Origin: Tricharina praecox
Taxonomy: Eukaryota
Assembly: GCF_024521635.1 (NCBI RefSeq)
Contig: NW_026250404.1
Span: 1,240,001-1,304,000 of the forward strand
Direction of reading: 5' to 3'
Length of the DNA: 64,000 bases
Part shown: piece after piece, positions 48,055-60,800 of the stretch
How the letters are laid out: each line of letters begins with the position of its first letter
Numbering within the stretch: the stretch's first letter is position 1
Position numbers and translations under genes: made by a program
The notes under the pieces: model-generated
Told to the model about the DNA's origin: nothing
Databases searched by the model: none
Seen by the model: the letters and a program-made list of their open reading frames with translations, nothing else

Positions 48055-48669
48055 CAGTGCAGGCAACAGCCCAGCCCAAACAAAGCCAGCCCGCAGCCCG
48101 GTGCGTGTAGCCCAGCCCGGGCTGGTGGGCTGTCGCGAGTGAAATCCAATGATGCGTCTCACTGCTAGTGTCGTCGAGGGTGATCCGGCACGGCCACCTC
48201 TTGTAGATATCCCAACAACAACAACAACAACCACAACAGAATCATCGTCCGCAACTAAGTTATCTCTCGAAACAAGGTCACCTCCCCCAACAAATCACCT
48301 CCGACATAACCCTTCAGCTGGCTCGAGCAACAGCAGCTCCTATTCAACTACCTCCATTGGGACTCGCTGGTTCGGCTGGAAAATCTACTAGCACCCGGGT
48401 ATCAAGACGGTCAGGGGCCTCTGCAAAAACGGAAACATCGCTGAAATTGACTTGCGAGTACGAACGATGGAATCAACAGCCTCGGGAGTCTGATACACGG
48501 AATTTTGGTGGTATTTTGGAAGAAGTAGCGAGTTCATTACCCTCGTCTGTCTGTAATGGCATTAGAAATCTTAAGCATAGATGCTATGTTCGCAGAGGTT
48601 GAACGGGTGTTTGGCAGTGCTAAACCCATGGTAACGGACCGCCGGTATGGGTTGAAGCCGGAGATCTAG
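48055..48669 (+). mobile_element. Degenerate hAT-superfamily DNA transposon remnant
   Basis: 48514-48669 translates FWKK*RVHYPRLSVMALEILSIDAMFAEVERVFGSAKPMVTDRRYGLKPEI*, matching the hAT C-terminal dimerisation motif with an internal stop and an upstream frameshift. 48055-48131 begins CAGTG and carries clustered AGCCC/GGGCT repeats like a hAT subterminal end; this 5' boundary is tentative. Confidence 0.8.
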
Positions 48670-49886
48670 GTGTTTTTCTTCTTGGGACCTTAACCTTTCA
48701 TATATTGGGGGAGGAGCCGCGAGCGGTGGCCTATGGGGCGCTCCGGCTGCCTCTTTGGGGGGATTTCAGGAGCTTGGGTGAGTGCCTCGGTAAAATGGTG
48801 TGGCTAATTGGTCGCATGTAGGTAGGATACCGTTCACCAGTCATCAATATATATGATTGTGGGCAGGCGTAGGTCAGCGGCCGCTGCGGGGAGTAAGCAC
48901 GAGATATCTACGATATTTTCCACCTCTGAGTCCTGCCAGTGTCTTTGGACTCAGCTTCCTCTCCATCTGGCTACCAGGCCCTGATATTGGTATGCAGGAG
49001 ACGCGTTTGTGATAGCCCGCCACTTCTGCCCACTATACCAGGCAGAGTAGCACATAGCCAATACACTATCATTAAAAGATCTGCCTTCACAAAGACCTCA
49101 ACTTGAATAGATGATCTTAATCTGACTTTGCCGTGACTCTCAGATGAAAAAGCTGCAAAGCATATCTGAGGCACTAGGTAACAAATATATCGGACCGACA
49201 GACTCCGGGGAATTAGAGTGAAAGAGCTATGATCTGGTGGTACGGCTTGTCCTCTATAGTAGGCTCTTCCTCTCATGTACAATTACGACATAGCTGTGGG
49301 GAAAAGCAGTCAGATCGATATGATTCAGTACATTGGGAAATCGTCCATCCATTCCCAGTATTGCTTGTATGATCCGCCTCCAGCTCCCCGTACTGACGGA
49401 GGAATATCGCGCCAGATTACCTGTAGGATGCACGGGCGTATGTACTACCGCCCCGCCCATCCCCCTCTTTGCCGCCGTTTCACGATGTTCCTGGAAAAGG
49501 CGGGGGAATTAAATTGCTCGGGCTAGGGCCTCGAGATCGGTTTAGGATCCTGAAACCTCGCTTCTACGTGGTCTATGGCTTTTGATGCGAATGATCATGG
49601 CTTGCATCGATCGCGAGAACACATGGGCTGGCTAAAGCTGCCAGGAGGCAACGCTTTCGACGGCCGGCCAGGCTCAGTATAAAGGACCGACCATCTATCC
49701 TCTACCTGCCGGAATTGTATCCTGGATTCAGCACCTCTCTCCGTCTTCTTCTTCTTCTTATTCGTGGTCCTTCGTTATACCCCCAGCTTTCCCTCGTTTA
49801 TTCGCCCTCTCGGTGTCTGGAACACCATTACCAGCAACTCCGGAAACCCCCAGTACGATTGTAACCCTTCATCACGGTTCCTCAAG

Positions 49887-51797
49887 ATGACGTCCCACAT
49901 GACGACCTTCACCTCGGATGGCCTCGAGCTCGAGAAGATGGTGATAACCATCTCGCACGTTCAAGACGTAGAGCTCGAGAGCGCAAGCCGACGTCGCGGC
50001 TTCTCACCAGAAGCAACCAAAAAGCTGATCCGGAAAATGGACTGGAACATTGTCCCATTCTTGGCCCTTCTATACCTGCAAGTTTTCGCGGCCCCCCCTC
50101 CCTCGTCGTTTCGCGAATTTTTTCATGATAACCCTTGCGATGATTTAGACTTTCGTTCTTGGATCGCTCCAATATCGGCAACGCCCGCCTGGCTGGTCTC
50201 GAGAAGGACCTGGGTATGCATGGACTGGAGTATAACGTATGTCGAAAGCCCCCCCTCCCCACGTACGTACGTACACGATCAATACTGATACATAGCCATT
50301 TTTTCTCGCAGATCGCACTGGCGGTCTTCTTTCCGTTCTACGTGCTTGCGGAGGTGCCCTCCAACATGATGATGAAGCGGACGCGGCCATCTTTATGGAT
50401 AAGCATTATCATGATCGCCTGGGGAGTCTGTAAGTTTCGGCAGTCCCTTGTCCGGAAAGCCTCCTCCACTGACTATCGATCTAGGTATGACCCTGATGGG
50501 CCTCGTCAAGAACTACAAAGGTCTTCTCATCTCGCGCATGGCCCTAGGCTTTGCCGAGGGAGGCCTTTTCCCCGGCGTAACGTTCTACATCACGCTGTGG
50601 TATGCGCGCCATGAGTGTGGGCTTCGCATGGCACTCTTCTTCTCCGCCGCTACGATGGCAGGTGCCTTTGGTGGGCTGCTGGCACGCGGTATCGTGGAGA
50701 TGGATGGCCTCGGCGGATTGAACGGCTGGGCGTGGATCTTTATCCTCGAGGGTCTGGCGACCATCATTGCCGCCGCTGTGGCTTACTTCATGATCAACGA
50801 CTATCCGCAGACGTTAGTATCACTCGGCCCACCGCGGCGGCTTGTTGTGGTTGGATGGATGGAACCATTTGTGCTAACATACCGCTTCGATGCAGCGCAA
50901 AGTTCTTGACATCGGACGAGAAGGCCGAGGTCCAGAGACGGCTGAAGGCTGATCGCTCGTCCCTGGCCGACGAGTTCGATCTCCGGTACTTCTTCGATGC
51001 CGTCAAGGACTGGAAGATATACGTGTACATGGTCATCGCCATTGGTACATACTCCCCTACCTAAATCTCACCCCTAACCTCCCATCTAACTTTCCGCTCC
51101 CTAGGCGTCTACACACCTCTCTACTCCTTCTCGCTCTTCCTCCCGACCATCGTCAAGAACATGGGGTACACGGACAGCACCTCGCAGCTAATGACCGTGC
51201 CGCCCTACATCGTGGCCTGCATGTTCACGATTGGGATCGGGTATCTCGCGGACCTGCACCGACAGCGGGGGGTATGCATGGCGCTCAGCAGCGTTCTCGG
51301 CTCCATCGGCTTCCTTTTCCTCCTCTCCTCACCGCGCCCGCAGATCCAATACTGCGGCACCTTCTTCGCCGCCTGCGGCGTCTACCCGTGCATCCCCATG
51401 ATCACGGCATGGACGGGTAACAATATCGGCGGGTCGACGAAGCGCGGCGTCGCCATCGCCATGCAGGTCGGCTTTGGAAACCTCGGCGGCGTGGTCGCGG
51501 CGTTCTCGTATCGATACACCGACGCGCCTAGGTATGTCTCTGGGCATGCGCTGCTCGTTGGGACGTGTCTCCTGAGTGCCGCGGGGTCCGCGTGCTTGAG
51601 TGTCTACCTTAGACGAGAGAATAGGCGGAGGGATGCGGTCATGCGGGAAAATAATAGGTCCGTGGAAGGCCTCACAGAGCACGAGATGGAGGAGGAGAGG
51701 GGTAGGGGTGATTATGCGTCGGTGAGTTTATACCCAATGGGGCAGCGCAGGGTGGGTCGGCTAACGCAGGCGGTAGTTCTTCCGCTATACCGTCTAA
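49887..51797 (+). CDS. MFS transporter, anion:cation symporter family (Tna1/Dal5-like nicotinate/allantoate permease); introns 50078-50148 (GC-AG), 50237-50311, 50430-50484, 50813-50895, 51045-51104, 51722-51776
   Basis: KLIRKMDWNIVPFLALLYL|LSFLDRSNIGNARLAG, EVPSN, GFAEGGLFPG, WY..E...R, WAWIFILEG, QLMTVPPY, GNLGG, RRENRRRD and terminal FRYTV. TATAAA at 49678. Confidence 0.95.
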
Positions 51798-51899
51798 TCG
51801 GCCGTCGGGAGAAGGGAGCTGTCGGGCTTCACCCTTCTTCCAGACGTATCGGGCTTTTGTTTTGTTTCAAGTGGTGGGTTACGAAGTAATGAGCCGGAA

Positions 51900-54800
51900 C
51901 TACTGCTGAGCGGTTGATATTCGGGGGATGGATGAATGTTATCCCGCACATACATAAATAAATACAAGCGCATTTTCTAACTACCTAGGCACATAGCTGT
52001 TGTCTCAAGCGTGTTGGTCATAGGTGTTTCTTGACACTAGTATCATGTATGTACGCTGGAAAAGCTTCGATGGCGTCGTATGTACATAGCTTCTACATAG
52101 CTTGTTATTTTGGTTTAATCGTCAACTGCATGCAACCAAGTATCTACAGTAGATCATGGCCATGTACGTACCTACGCATGCACACTATTGCCCCGTCCAC
52201 TGTCCACTGCATGTCCAGACCTGACCTGACTCTGAAGTCCAACGGCCTGTTGTGGCTCACCCCCCGCCCAAAATTTTATCGAAAATTTCCAGCGCGCACC
52301 AGGGAGGTACCAGTAAAGCTACTTATTTGTAGCTTAATATTCCATCAACAGTCAAGTTCTTTTTTCAATTTTTCAACACTCGTGGTGCCGAGCGAGTCGA
52401 GTGATACGCCGTGCTTCATCCCCCCTTGCGTTGCGCCGAAGAGACTTGTTGAGGGAACCTGGAGTAGAGTAGACATTACTCACACGAGACACCTACCAGC
52501 TGTACCATAAAAAGAGCTGCTGAAAAAAAAGTCCCGAAGATTTTTGTCCACACGAGCGTGATAGCTTATGTTGGAAACGATGCGTGGAAGGTAACTTGGG
52601 GGGGAGGGTAGCGATCCGCGAACCGCTGCAAGATCTGGATGATACTCGGCCTGAAAGTGGGCTGTTTTTCTCTGTCGGATCCCGCAACGCATGGTTACAT
52701 CGGATCTGGTTAATTGGCAACACAATCTTTGGTCATCACATTATATCACTCGCCCTGCCTAGATTTCGATTTCGATATCGATATTGATCGAGAAGCTGAC
52801 TACGGGGGTAGGCGCGTAAAGAAACCCCATACGTCCGTGCTCCGCTACTCCGAAGCTTCTCGGATAGATCATAGAGTACAGATCTTCGTCTAATGTCCAT
52901 TCGTCCGCACGGTCGTACATAGTTACACGGCCACCCGGCGCCGGTAGGCACTGGGCACTGGGCACTGGGCGTCAATGGGTTCGACGTCGTACAAGTCACT
53001 GTTACTTCGTGAGTCGCTGCTAATAGCTAATCTATATCTATATCTGTGGAAGTACATACACAGCACTTGCACTCTGCGCTCACCGATGATCGATCCGACA
53101 TTTGACGGGAACGGAAATAGGAATGGGAATGGGAATGGGAATGGGAATGGACAGAGCCTGGAAGACACATGCCCTTCGTACCCACCGGTACATGCCCCCC
53201 CACCCCCGCCCCCCCGCACGGAGGTGAGGTGGCGTGGACGTGCTTACTTCTAAGTTCGAATCCGCCGGCAGCGGAACTTGGAAGCTCCCTGCTCAACGGG
53301 TTTTATTTGTGGGGTGGCGGATAAGGCGCATGGCGCATCCCCCTTCTCCCCGTCATCATCATCCTCCTTCTCCTCCTCCTCCTCCGCAAACAATAGCGAC
53401 GCGAATGCACTCCGATGATCGACCGGACGAAAATTACCTTGGAATACCCCTCACCCCGATGTCCCCACTCACACAGCATCAACCGCCGCCCCTCACTCGC
53501 GGAGGGACGGAAACACTTCTCCATCAATCAAAAGCCAATGCCGAGCCGAGCCGAGCCGGGAACGTTCCCATTTCGCACTTCCCACTTGCCGACTCGTATG
53601 CACCGGAGGTCATATCATATATGTATGTGTATGCATGCGGGTTTGTGGGTGAGTAAGTGTGTGTGGGTGATTCATGTTCATGCGATCATGCCAAAGAAAC
53701 GTTTTGCATGGAACCTTTGGACTGAGACTGAGTGAGTGTGGAGTGTGGAGGCGTGGAGATGTGGACCCCACTGCTCTGCACATGTATGTATGTCTCAGCT
53801 GCGCGCTGGATCATATATACTACTTGCTTGCTTGCTTAGCTATGATACATACATAAGTACACTACGGTGCATACACAAGTGCAAATGCTTACTCCAGTCT
53901 CCGAGACGCGCTATCTTTGTTCTGTCTCTGCCACTCTGGCTGCTAGGAATGCTTCCAGAAGGGAAGCGAGGGAGTGCAGTACTAGTTATTACGGCGGGTA
54001 GAAGTGAAAGTGTAGATTCCGCAGAAGAAGAAGCAAAAGAAAAAGCAAGAACGAGTGGAGTGGAGTGGGATGCAGTGGAGGGATGGAGGGATAGGCAAGC
54101 AGGCAGGCACGCACGTGGCGTCGCTTGCGCTTGGTCACATGGCCGCCGCCCCCTTGCGTTGAAACGTGAGTGAGCTGTGAATAGTTACTAGGTAGTAGGC
54201 CGGAGTCCGGCTACCTCTCGAGTCTCGAGTGTTTAGTCTTTGTCTTTCAAACTCCATCCGCGGAATCCGAATAGCTTCGACGGCCACTGTTCGCTCCGGT
54301 CCGTTGCCGGTCCTCGCACCGTCGAACGGCGGCTACGGTGCAGTGGGAGTTCCCCGCGAGTCCGCGTGCGATGGCTACTTTCGCTGCACTCCGTCAGCAG
54401 CCGTGGACAGAGACATCCTCCTAATCGGTAGACTACTTTACTAATAGTGACGAGTCGTTCATGATCTCGGTTAGGGGAACTGTGGAGTATGAACCTAGGG
54501 GAAGCGCCCCCTCCTCCGGAACCTCGAGTGACGCTGCGGTGCGGTACGGTGGGCGAGTGGGCGAGTGAGACATCTTGGCTGGCCGAAGGTCCGTATCACT
54601 GATCGGCCCAATAGTTAGCGGTTGTTAATAGGTGGGCAGGCTCCGGATCCCTACTAGTAGTGCGTGTGCGACCATACTACCAATTGTACTAGTAATAGTA
54701 GGCGGTTGCTTTTTCTCGAGAGAACGTCGGCTTCACTTCGCTGCTATGGTATGGCACAGTAGAGTCGGGTACAGTAGAGTACCGCTGGTGCCGCTGTTAC

Positions 54801-57800
54801 CGCTGGTGTAGGTGCTATATGTACTATGGGAGTCGAGAGTGCCAATTTCGCCGCGCCTCTGAGCTTTCCGTTGCGCTGCGCTCGTGCCGACGAGAGAGCG
54901 GGGAATGTGCGCGTCGAACTGGGACTGATGGACTGGATTATGTCCCTTTACTAGAGGATGCCATATGTATGTACCGGTACCCCACGTTTTCCGTGCAACC
55001 GCAGAGCTGCAGTGATCCACCATCTATCTGCAGGTACAGCCCCTCTTGCCTCGCCGCCCCCCTCGTTCAGTTCAGTTCGGTTCGGTTCCACAGCTCGCGC
55101 GGGCGGAATCATACGGAGTGACGGAGGAGGATTATTAGCTGCGGACTGCAGACTGCAGTGTATTATTATTGTAGTTATTATTATTATTATTGTCGCAGTG
55201 AACCTTTACTATGATAGGCTTTCAAATGTACAGTACTCTACTGTACTCTAGTTACTCTACTCTATGTACATAACCAAAGGCCTACCTCGGCAAATCCACT
55301 TACCTGCATATCTAAGTTGCATGCAGTGCAGCCTCAGGCATTCAGGTCCCTTCATAGGAAGTTACTTACCTAGGAAGTAATGCTCTCCGGGACCGCCCAT
55401 CCATCCCTCCCCCTACCCGGCTGCTATCTAGGTACTCTACGAACTTGCGGTCAAGCGGAGAAACAGAGACATTCTGCAGTGGGCGAGTGGCCTTCCCGTT
55501 CAGGCTCCGTGTATATTCCGTATTCGGCATTTTTGCCAATGCACTCCGGGCCCGTCTGGGATCTACGTGTGTACTCTAAAAATGAAATTCTTGAAATTCT
55601 TTGGTCTACCTATCTGTTGTACATATGAGCCTATGAGGTGCCGGATACAACCATTTACCTTCGCCGTGCAGCGTGCACCTCCGTTGCTGGCTTGTTTCAC
55701 TCCAAGGGCGGATAAACCTATGTACCCACCTACCTACCCACAGTATCTAGGGGCTACTTCTTGCCACAGAGCTGAGGGGTCCTCCCCGCCGCCGGAAGCG
55801 GTTTTATCGGGCATCGCGGCTGCCGCAATTAAATACCGGCATGTACTATGTAGCATCACCCTGATTCTATATTCCTTTGAACTTTCGGTCGAGTCGTGAG
55901 TCGTGACTCGCTACGATTGCAATGCAATACAATGCCCTACATATCTAAGGGAAGATGGATGTGTTCGGATGGGGCGCCAAACCGGCGGCGAGATGGCATG
56001 CATCTAGCCGTAGGATTTCTGCCCGGGTTCTGGGTTTGGGCCGGGCTCCGGATGTGAGCCGAGGGTGGCGATGTACACACATACATGCCAATGATATCTA
56101 TCTACCAATGATACCAATGATACCATCCATTCAAGGGATATGTATGGAGGAGGAGATTGAGCCTAGGTAGGTAGGTAGTTCATGGAAAGCATAATCCATC
56201 GCGAAGCACCATGATAGGTAGATGTGCGACAGGTTGTGCTTGCTGAAGCTCCTGAAGGTGATATGTACTAGGTATAGCCTACCTACTACCTACCCAGCTG
56301 GAGGCGGTGCTGGCGACGCAGGCCTCGCATGCATGATCATCATTCATGCTACACAGACTCAGGGAAAAGGAAGATCAAGACGGGATTTCCGGTAGGGGGT
56401 TTCAAAGCGTCCGGCGACGGTGTTGCCGCACTGCTGCTGCTGCGGTGGCGGCGGCGCGGATAGTCACACCTGTGAGTAATGCGTAACGAAGGTTGGATAT
56501 TCAAGATGAATATCGAGTGCGGAGCATGAGTAGGTACATAGTATGACATCTCGAACTTGTAATTATGTACCTAGGTATAAAGGTACATACATACATGCGT
56601 CTGCGCTGTGCCTATGGACGCCACAACCAGTTGATTCTCCCCAGGGGGCCCGGAGTGCGCCGCGCAGTCCACTGTATGTCAGAATCGTGAAACCTCCATG
56701 GCTTTGCTGGGCTCACATGTGTCATGGTGCGGGCCGCGCGCTGTATGGTATGTAGAATACATACAGGCGCATTCGATGTCTGAGCGCACGCCGAGAGAAA
56801 ACTGCGAAATACCGGTCAACGGTGTCACTACTCTAGTGAGCGCGGTGGTGAACATGACTGTTGCGTGCTCCGTGTACTCAGTGGCGGGGACATCAGGGGT
56901 CGCCGGTCGGTCAACGGGCGGTTCGCCGCTGACATCGCAGGGTCCTGCAGGCTGCGGAGGTAGGTAAGTACACCGTGGGTACTTGGGTAGGTACGTACTG
57001 CAGAGCAGATCGGCCCCAGTTCATCGAAACAACCTTCAGGCTCCGGCCGGAGGATGCAAACATAGAAGTCAGCGTAGTGTACATAGCTCACCTGCATAGA
57101 AGGAGGAGGAAGAAAGGGTAAGACTCCTACCAACGCCATCGGATGGCATCAACTATTGAAGTTGCGTGGTGAGTGGCGCGTATTCGTGTGGTCGTGTGGG
57201 TTACGCATGATCAGAGTCGACTGTGGAACTAGCCGCTCTATGTACCCACCTACCTCATACCCCACTCTGGTGCATCAATCTTACATACTCGGCATTGGTA
57301 TTTCTGCATGGCGTTTCTTGACGAGATCTGTGAGTTCCATTGGCGGGCTTTTTCGCAGATCAGATGTAGGTAGGTTTGTACCACAGAAGGAAAAAGCTGA
57401 AGGAAGATCTCGGGGCTCACTCCTTCCTTTGCGCAAGCCGATGCGCGACGCAATAATGTGGCGTTTTTTTGAGCGTCTTTTGCGCGAGTGAGATGTTTCT
57501 GTCTGACTGAAGGGATCTTGACACATGGCTTCTAGCTCCTTAAAAAAGCCCTGAAGAAGGGGATGAAGAAGGCGCCGAAGAAGGAGAAGGAGCAGGAGGA
57601 GGAGGATCTGATCGTGGGCATTTCGCTCTACGTAGAGTAGAGTAGGAACGCCGCCGCTGTTCTGTTCTGTTTTGCCATCTCGCTCTCGTTCGGCTAATTG
57701 CAATTGCATTGGGTTCGAGCCTAACTGCTGCACTGCAGGAGCGAAAGCCGGACCCTGAATCTCGAACTACCGTATGTAAAGTGGAGCCGGGGCTCGTACA

Positions 57801-60800
57801 TGGCTTGCATAGAAGCTTCGTTTCCGTCCGTTCGTTCATTCGTTCGGAGACAATTTACGAATTCGAATCGATGTGGTGGTGTATTGGTGGTGGTGTTTAT
57901 TGGTGGTAGTTACTGGTACATAGTGGTGATGGTGGTGGTGCTGCTGGTGGTGGTGTGGGGAATATCGATGAGTGCATGCATACTAGTAGTGTCGCTCCCA
58001 TAGTGGGAGTGGAGTCCTTCTGGAAGCACTTTCGCGCCACGAGGTCGCGTCCAACCGAATCGAATTATCAGCCACCACCACCACCACCACCACCACCACC
58101 ATCCGGCGCATCGCATGGAAAATCTCCAGGTGTTTGACGGCATGATGGGGGCGAGGCACTTCTCACCTTCGTCGCCAGCTGCGGCCCCTGAGACCGACCT
58201 AAGTACCCTATGCACTCTGGATACATCCAGATACATAGCTTATGTACGTGCCCAACTAACGCCTGTGGGAGAAACATGTCCCAGATGATGATAGCGAAGT
58301 GTCTCGAGTCTCGCACGCGATGTTCTGGCATGTGGGCCCGCCGTACCTAAAGTACCAGTACTCTACCCTTCACGCGGGCCGCAGGCCGCAGGTCAGTATG
58401 TACCAAGTATGTACATAGAAGCCGCTAAGTTCTCACCGGCGGGCTGCAAATACCTAGGAATATGAATATGCGGCATGCGGCCGCATCACCACCATCATCA
58501 TGAGGGGTTGCTGTATTTGCAGTTCTCGCTTCGAGGGGGAGGCTAGTTAACATGGGAGCACAGAGGGTGGGAGAGAGGGAGAGGGGAAAGTAAGCAACGG
58601 TAGTATATGGAGAAGGAAGTTATCCTCCTGCCTTCTGTAGACTGTAGATTCTCTCTCTTGCCTATGCGAGCGGTGCTTTGTGCTCCCTCGTTGCACGTAT
58701 GGTGCTGTGGTATTGGTGGAATTCAGGTAGGTATGATAAGAAGCGTGAGCTCAAGAGAGAGATAGAAAGAACGAGTGCGCACGCGTGCGGGGCACGGCTC
58801 ATCTGCCGACGTCGATTCGACGGTCTCTATCGAACACATGTATCGCGCATGTTTGATCTTTGGTGGTGGTTGGTTGGTGGAGGTCAGGCGGGTGTAGTCA
58901 TCATCAGATCACATCACCGTGCATAAAACGTGGGAGAAGTGTTTCGCATCATCACGACTTACCTTACATACATGTGTACATACATGATGGCGGTAGCTGC
59001 GGGACTGCCAGTGCCAGTGCCAATGCCAAATGCCAAATGCCAAATGCCAGTGCCAGTGCCAGTGCCAAACGCCAGTGCCAGTGCCAACTCGAAACACCGG
59101 CGCTGCCTAGCACCATCCATAGCCAAGATCTCCAATCCGAAAATCTGCAGACTCGATTAACTACGGCAACTACTAGTTAACTATCGTCAGATCGAGAACT
59201 CTTGAAGCCAACGGCCACTCTTACTCTGCCGCGCAGTACGAACTTACGTATGCATGTCAAGCACGTGTCCCCGGGGAAGGAAGGAAGGAAGAAGGAGAAG
59301 GAGGAGAAGGAAATGATAGTCACCACTATACCAACCCGAAAGAAATCCGCACGAAAACCCAGAAGCCAGCTGCCCGGTACTAGTAGCACGGCCCACAGGC
59401 CGCAGGCCGCAGCCAGCAACGTGGAGATGATGGATGGTGGTCGGACTCCCTGAAGGCTGATCTGAAGCGCATTTTTTTCTCTCTCTTTCTTTCCTTCCTT
59501 CCTTCTACATAAGAACATTCGAATGGTTGTTTGTTCCTTCCCCTTCTTCGATCGCGCGCTCCACTCTGCCCTGGCCGACCCGGTTCTACTCTAGACTCTA
59601 AAGTACCGTATACACCCAGGTCCCATTTGATCCCATATTAATTATTACGAATACATGATTTACCGACTTTTGAAATTCCCCTTTCGGCCGGCGATGATGT
59701 GTGAATTCGTGGCCTCGGAAGAAATAAAAGAAAAGAAAAAAGAATCCCGTACATAAAGTATTCTATTCGTAACCGACAATTCTCGCCGTCTAGCTCAATA
59801 GCAAGCAAGCAAGCAAGCAAGCAAGAGAGAGCTTAGAAGAGAACTGCTCGTTGGTTAAAACGAGTATGTAAATTGCGGGAATGTCTCCCTTCTTTTTTGG
59901 GGGAATACTCGGAGACTCCATAGCACCCCCAGGCTCCTGCGTTGAGTCTCCACATTTAATTTGTATGTGGTGCATACGGTGCGAAGCTTTTACGAAGCTT
60001 TTGCGAATTTGACCAGCTCTGTCAGGAACATTCGAACGCACAAGGCCAGTCAGTACTATGTAACTAGTACAACGCAACGTCGGCGATCGAAATATGTACC
60101 TCTTCTCCGGCGGAGTAGAGTAAATCCGCCGTCCAGATATCCGGACCCATTCTGCAGCTGCAGCTGGAGGGGAGGAGAAGGTTCGATTTCGGGGAATCAA
60201 AAATGAAAAGGAAATGAAGCCCCACCTCCCCCGTATCCATCCACCATCCACCATCCACCATCCCCGCTGTAAATGTATGTATGTAGCCCCTGGCACAAAA
60301 CGGCGCGTCACCCGGTGGGGCGGGAGGGGATGGGGCGGGAGAGGGGGCGATGGGAGGGGGCTACAGGGTGGGAGCAGGGAACGTTACGTGTACGTATGTA
60401 GGTATATACGAGAGATGAAACTCACCTCCTCCAGGTCTCCGAAGGGATTCCATTCCATGGGGTTGATGAATTACACCAAGTTCGCCTCGACGTTGCGAGA
60501 AAGTCTGAGGCGAGGCCGTCAAAAAAAAGAAATTCTCCGGGTACGATAGGTAGTCAGGCCCGAGACAGGTATGTATGAATGTACATATGCTAGGTACAGT
60601 AAACAGCTCGTACTCGTGCCACCCACGACAGTGAAAGCCCGAGCGTAAGTGCTTCACCTGGCGGGGGTCCAGTAGTCTGGCTGGCTGCAGCAGCGACAGG
60701 CTCCAAGATATCATCGAAGGAGATACATACAAATTCCCCGCCCCTAACCATACATATGGACCGGCCTTGGTTTGGTGATGTGACGAATCATTGTATGACG

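Noticed and set aside
53254..53263. Isolated B-box-like GTTCGAATCC (similar at ~57712)
   Set aside because: No A-box or cloverleaf pairing; short motif expected by chance. A TFIIIC-only site cannot be supported from sequence alone.
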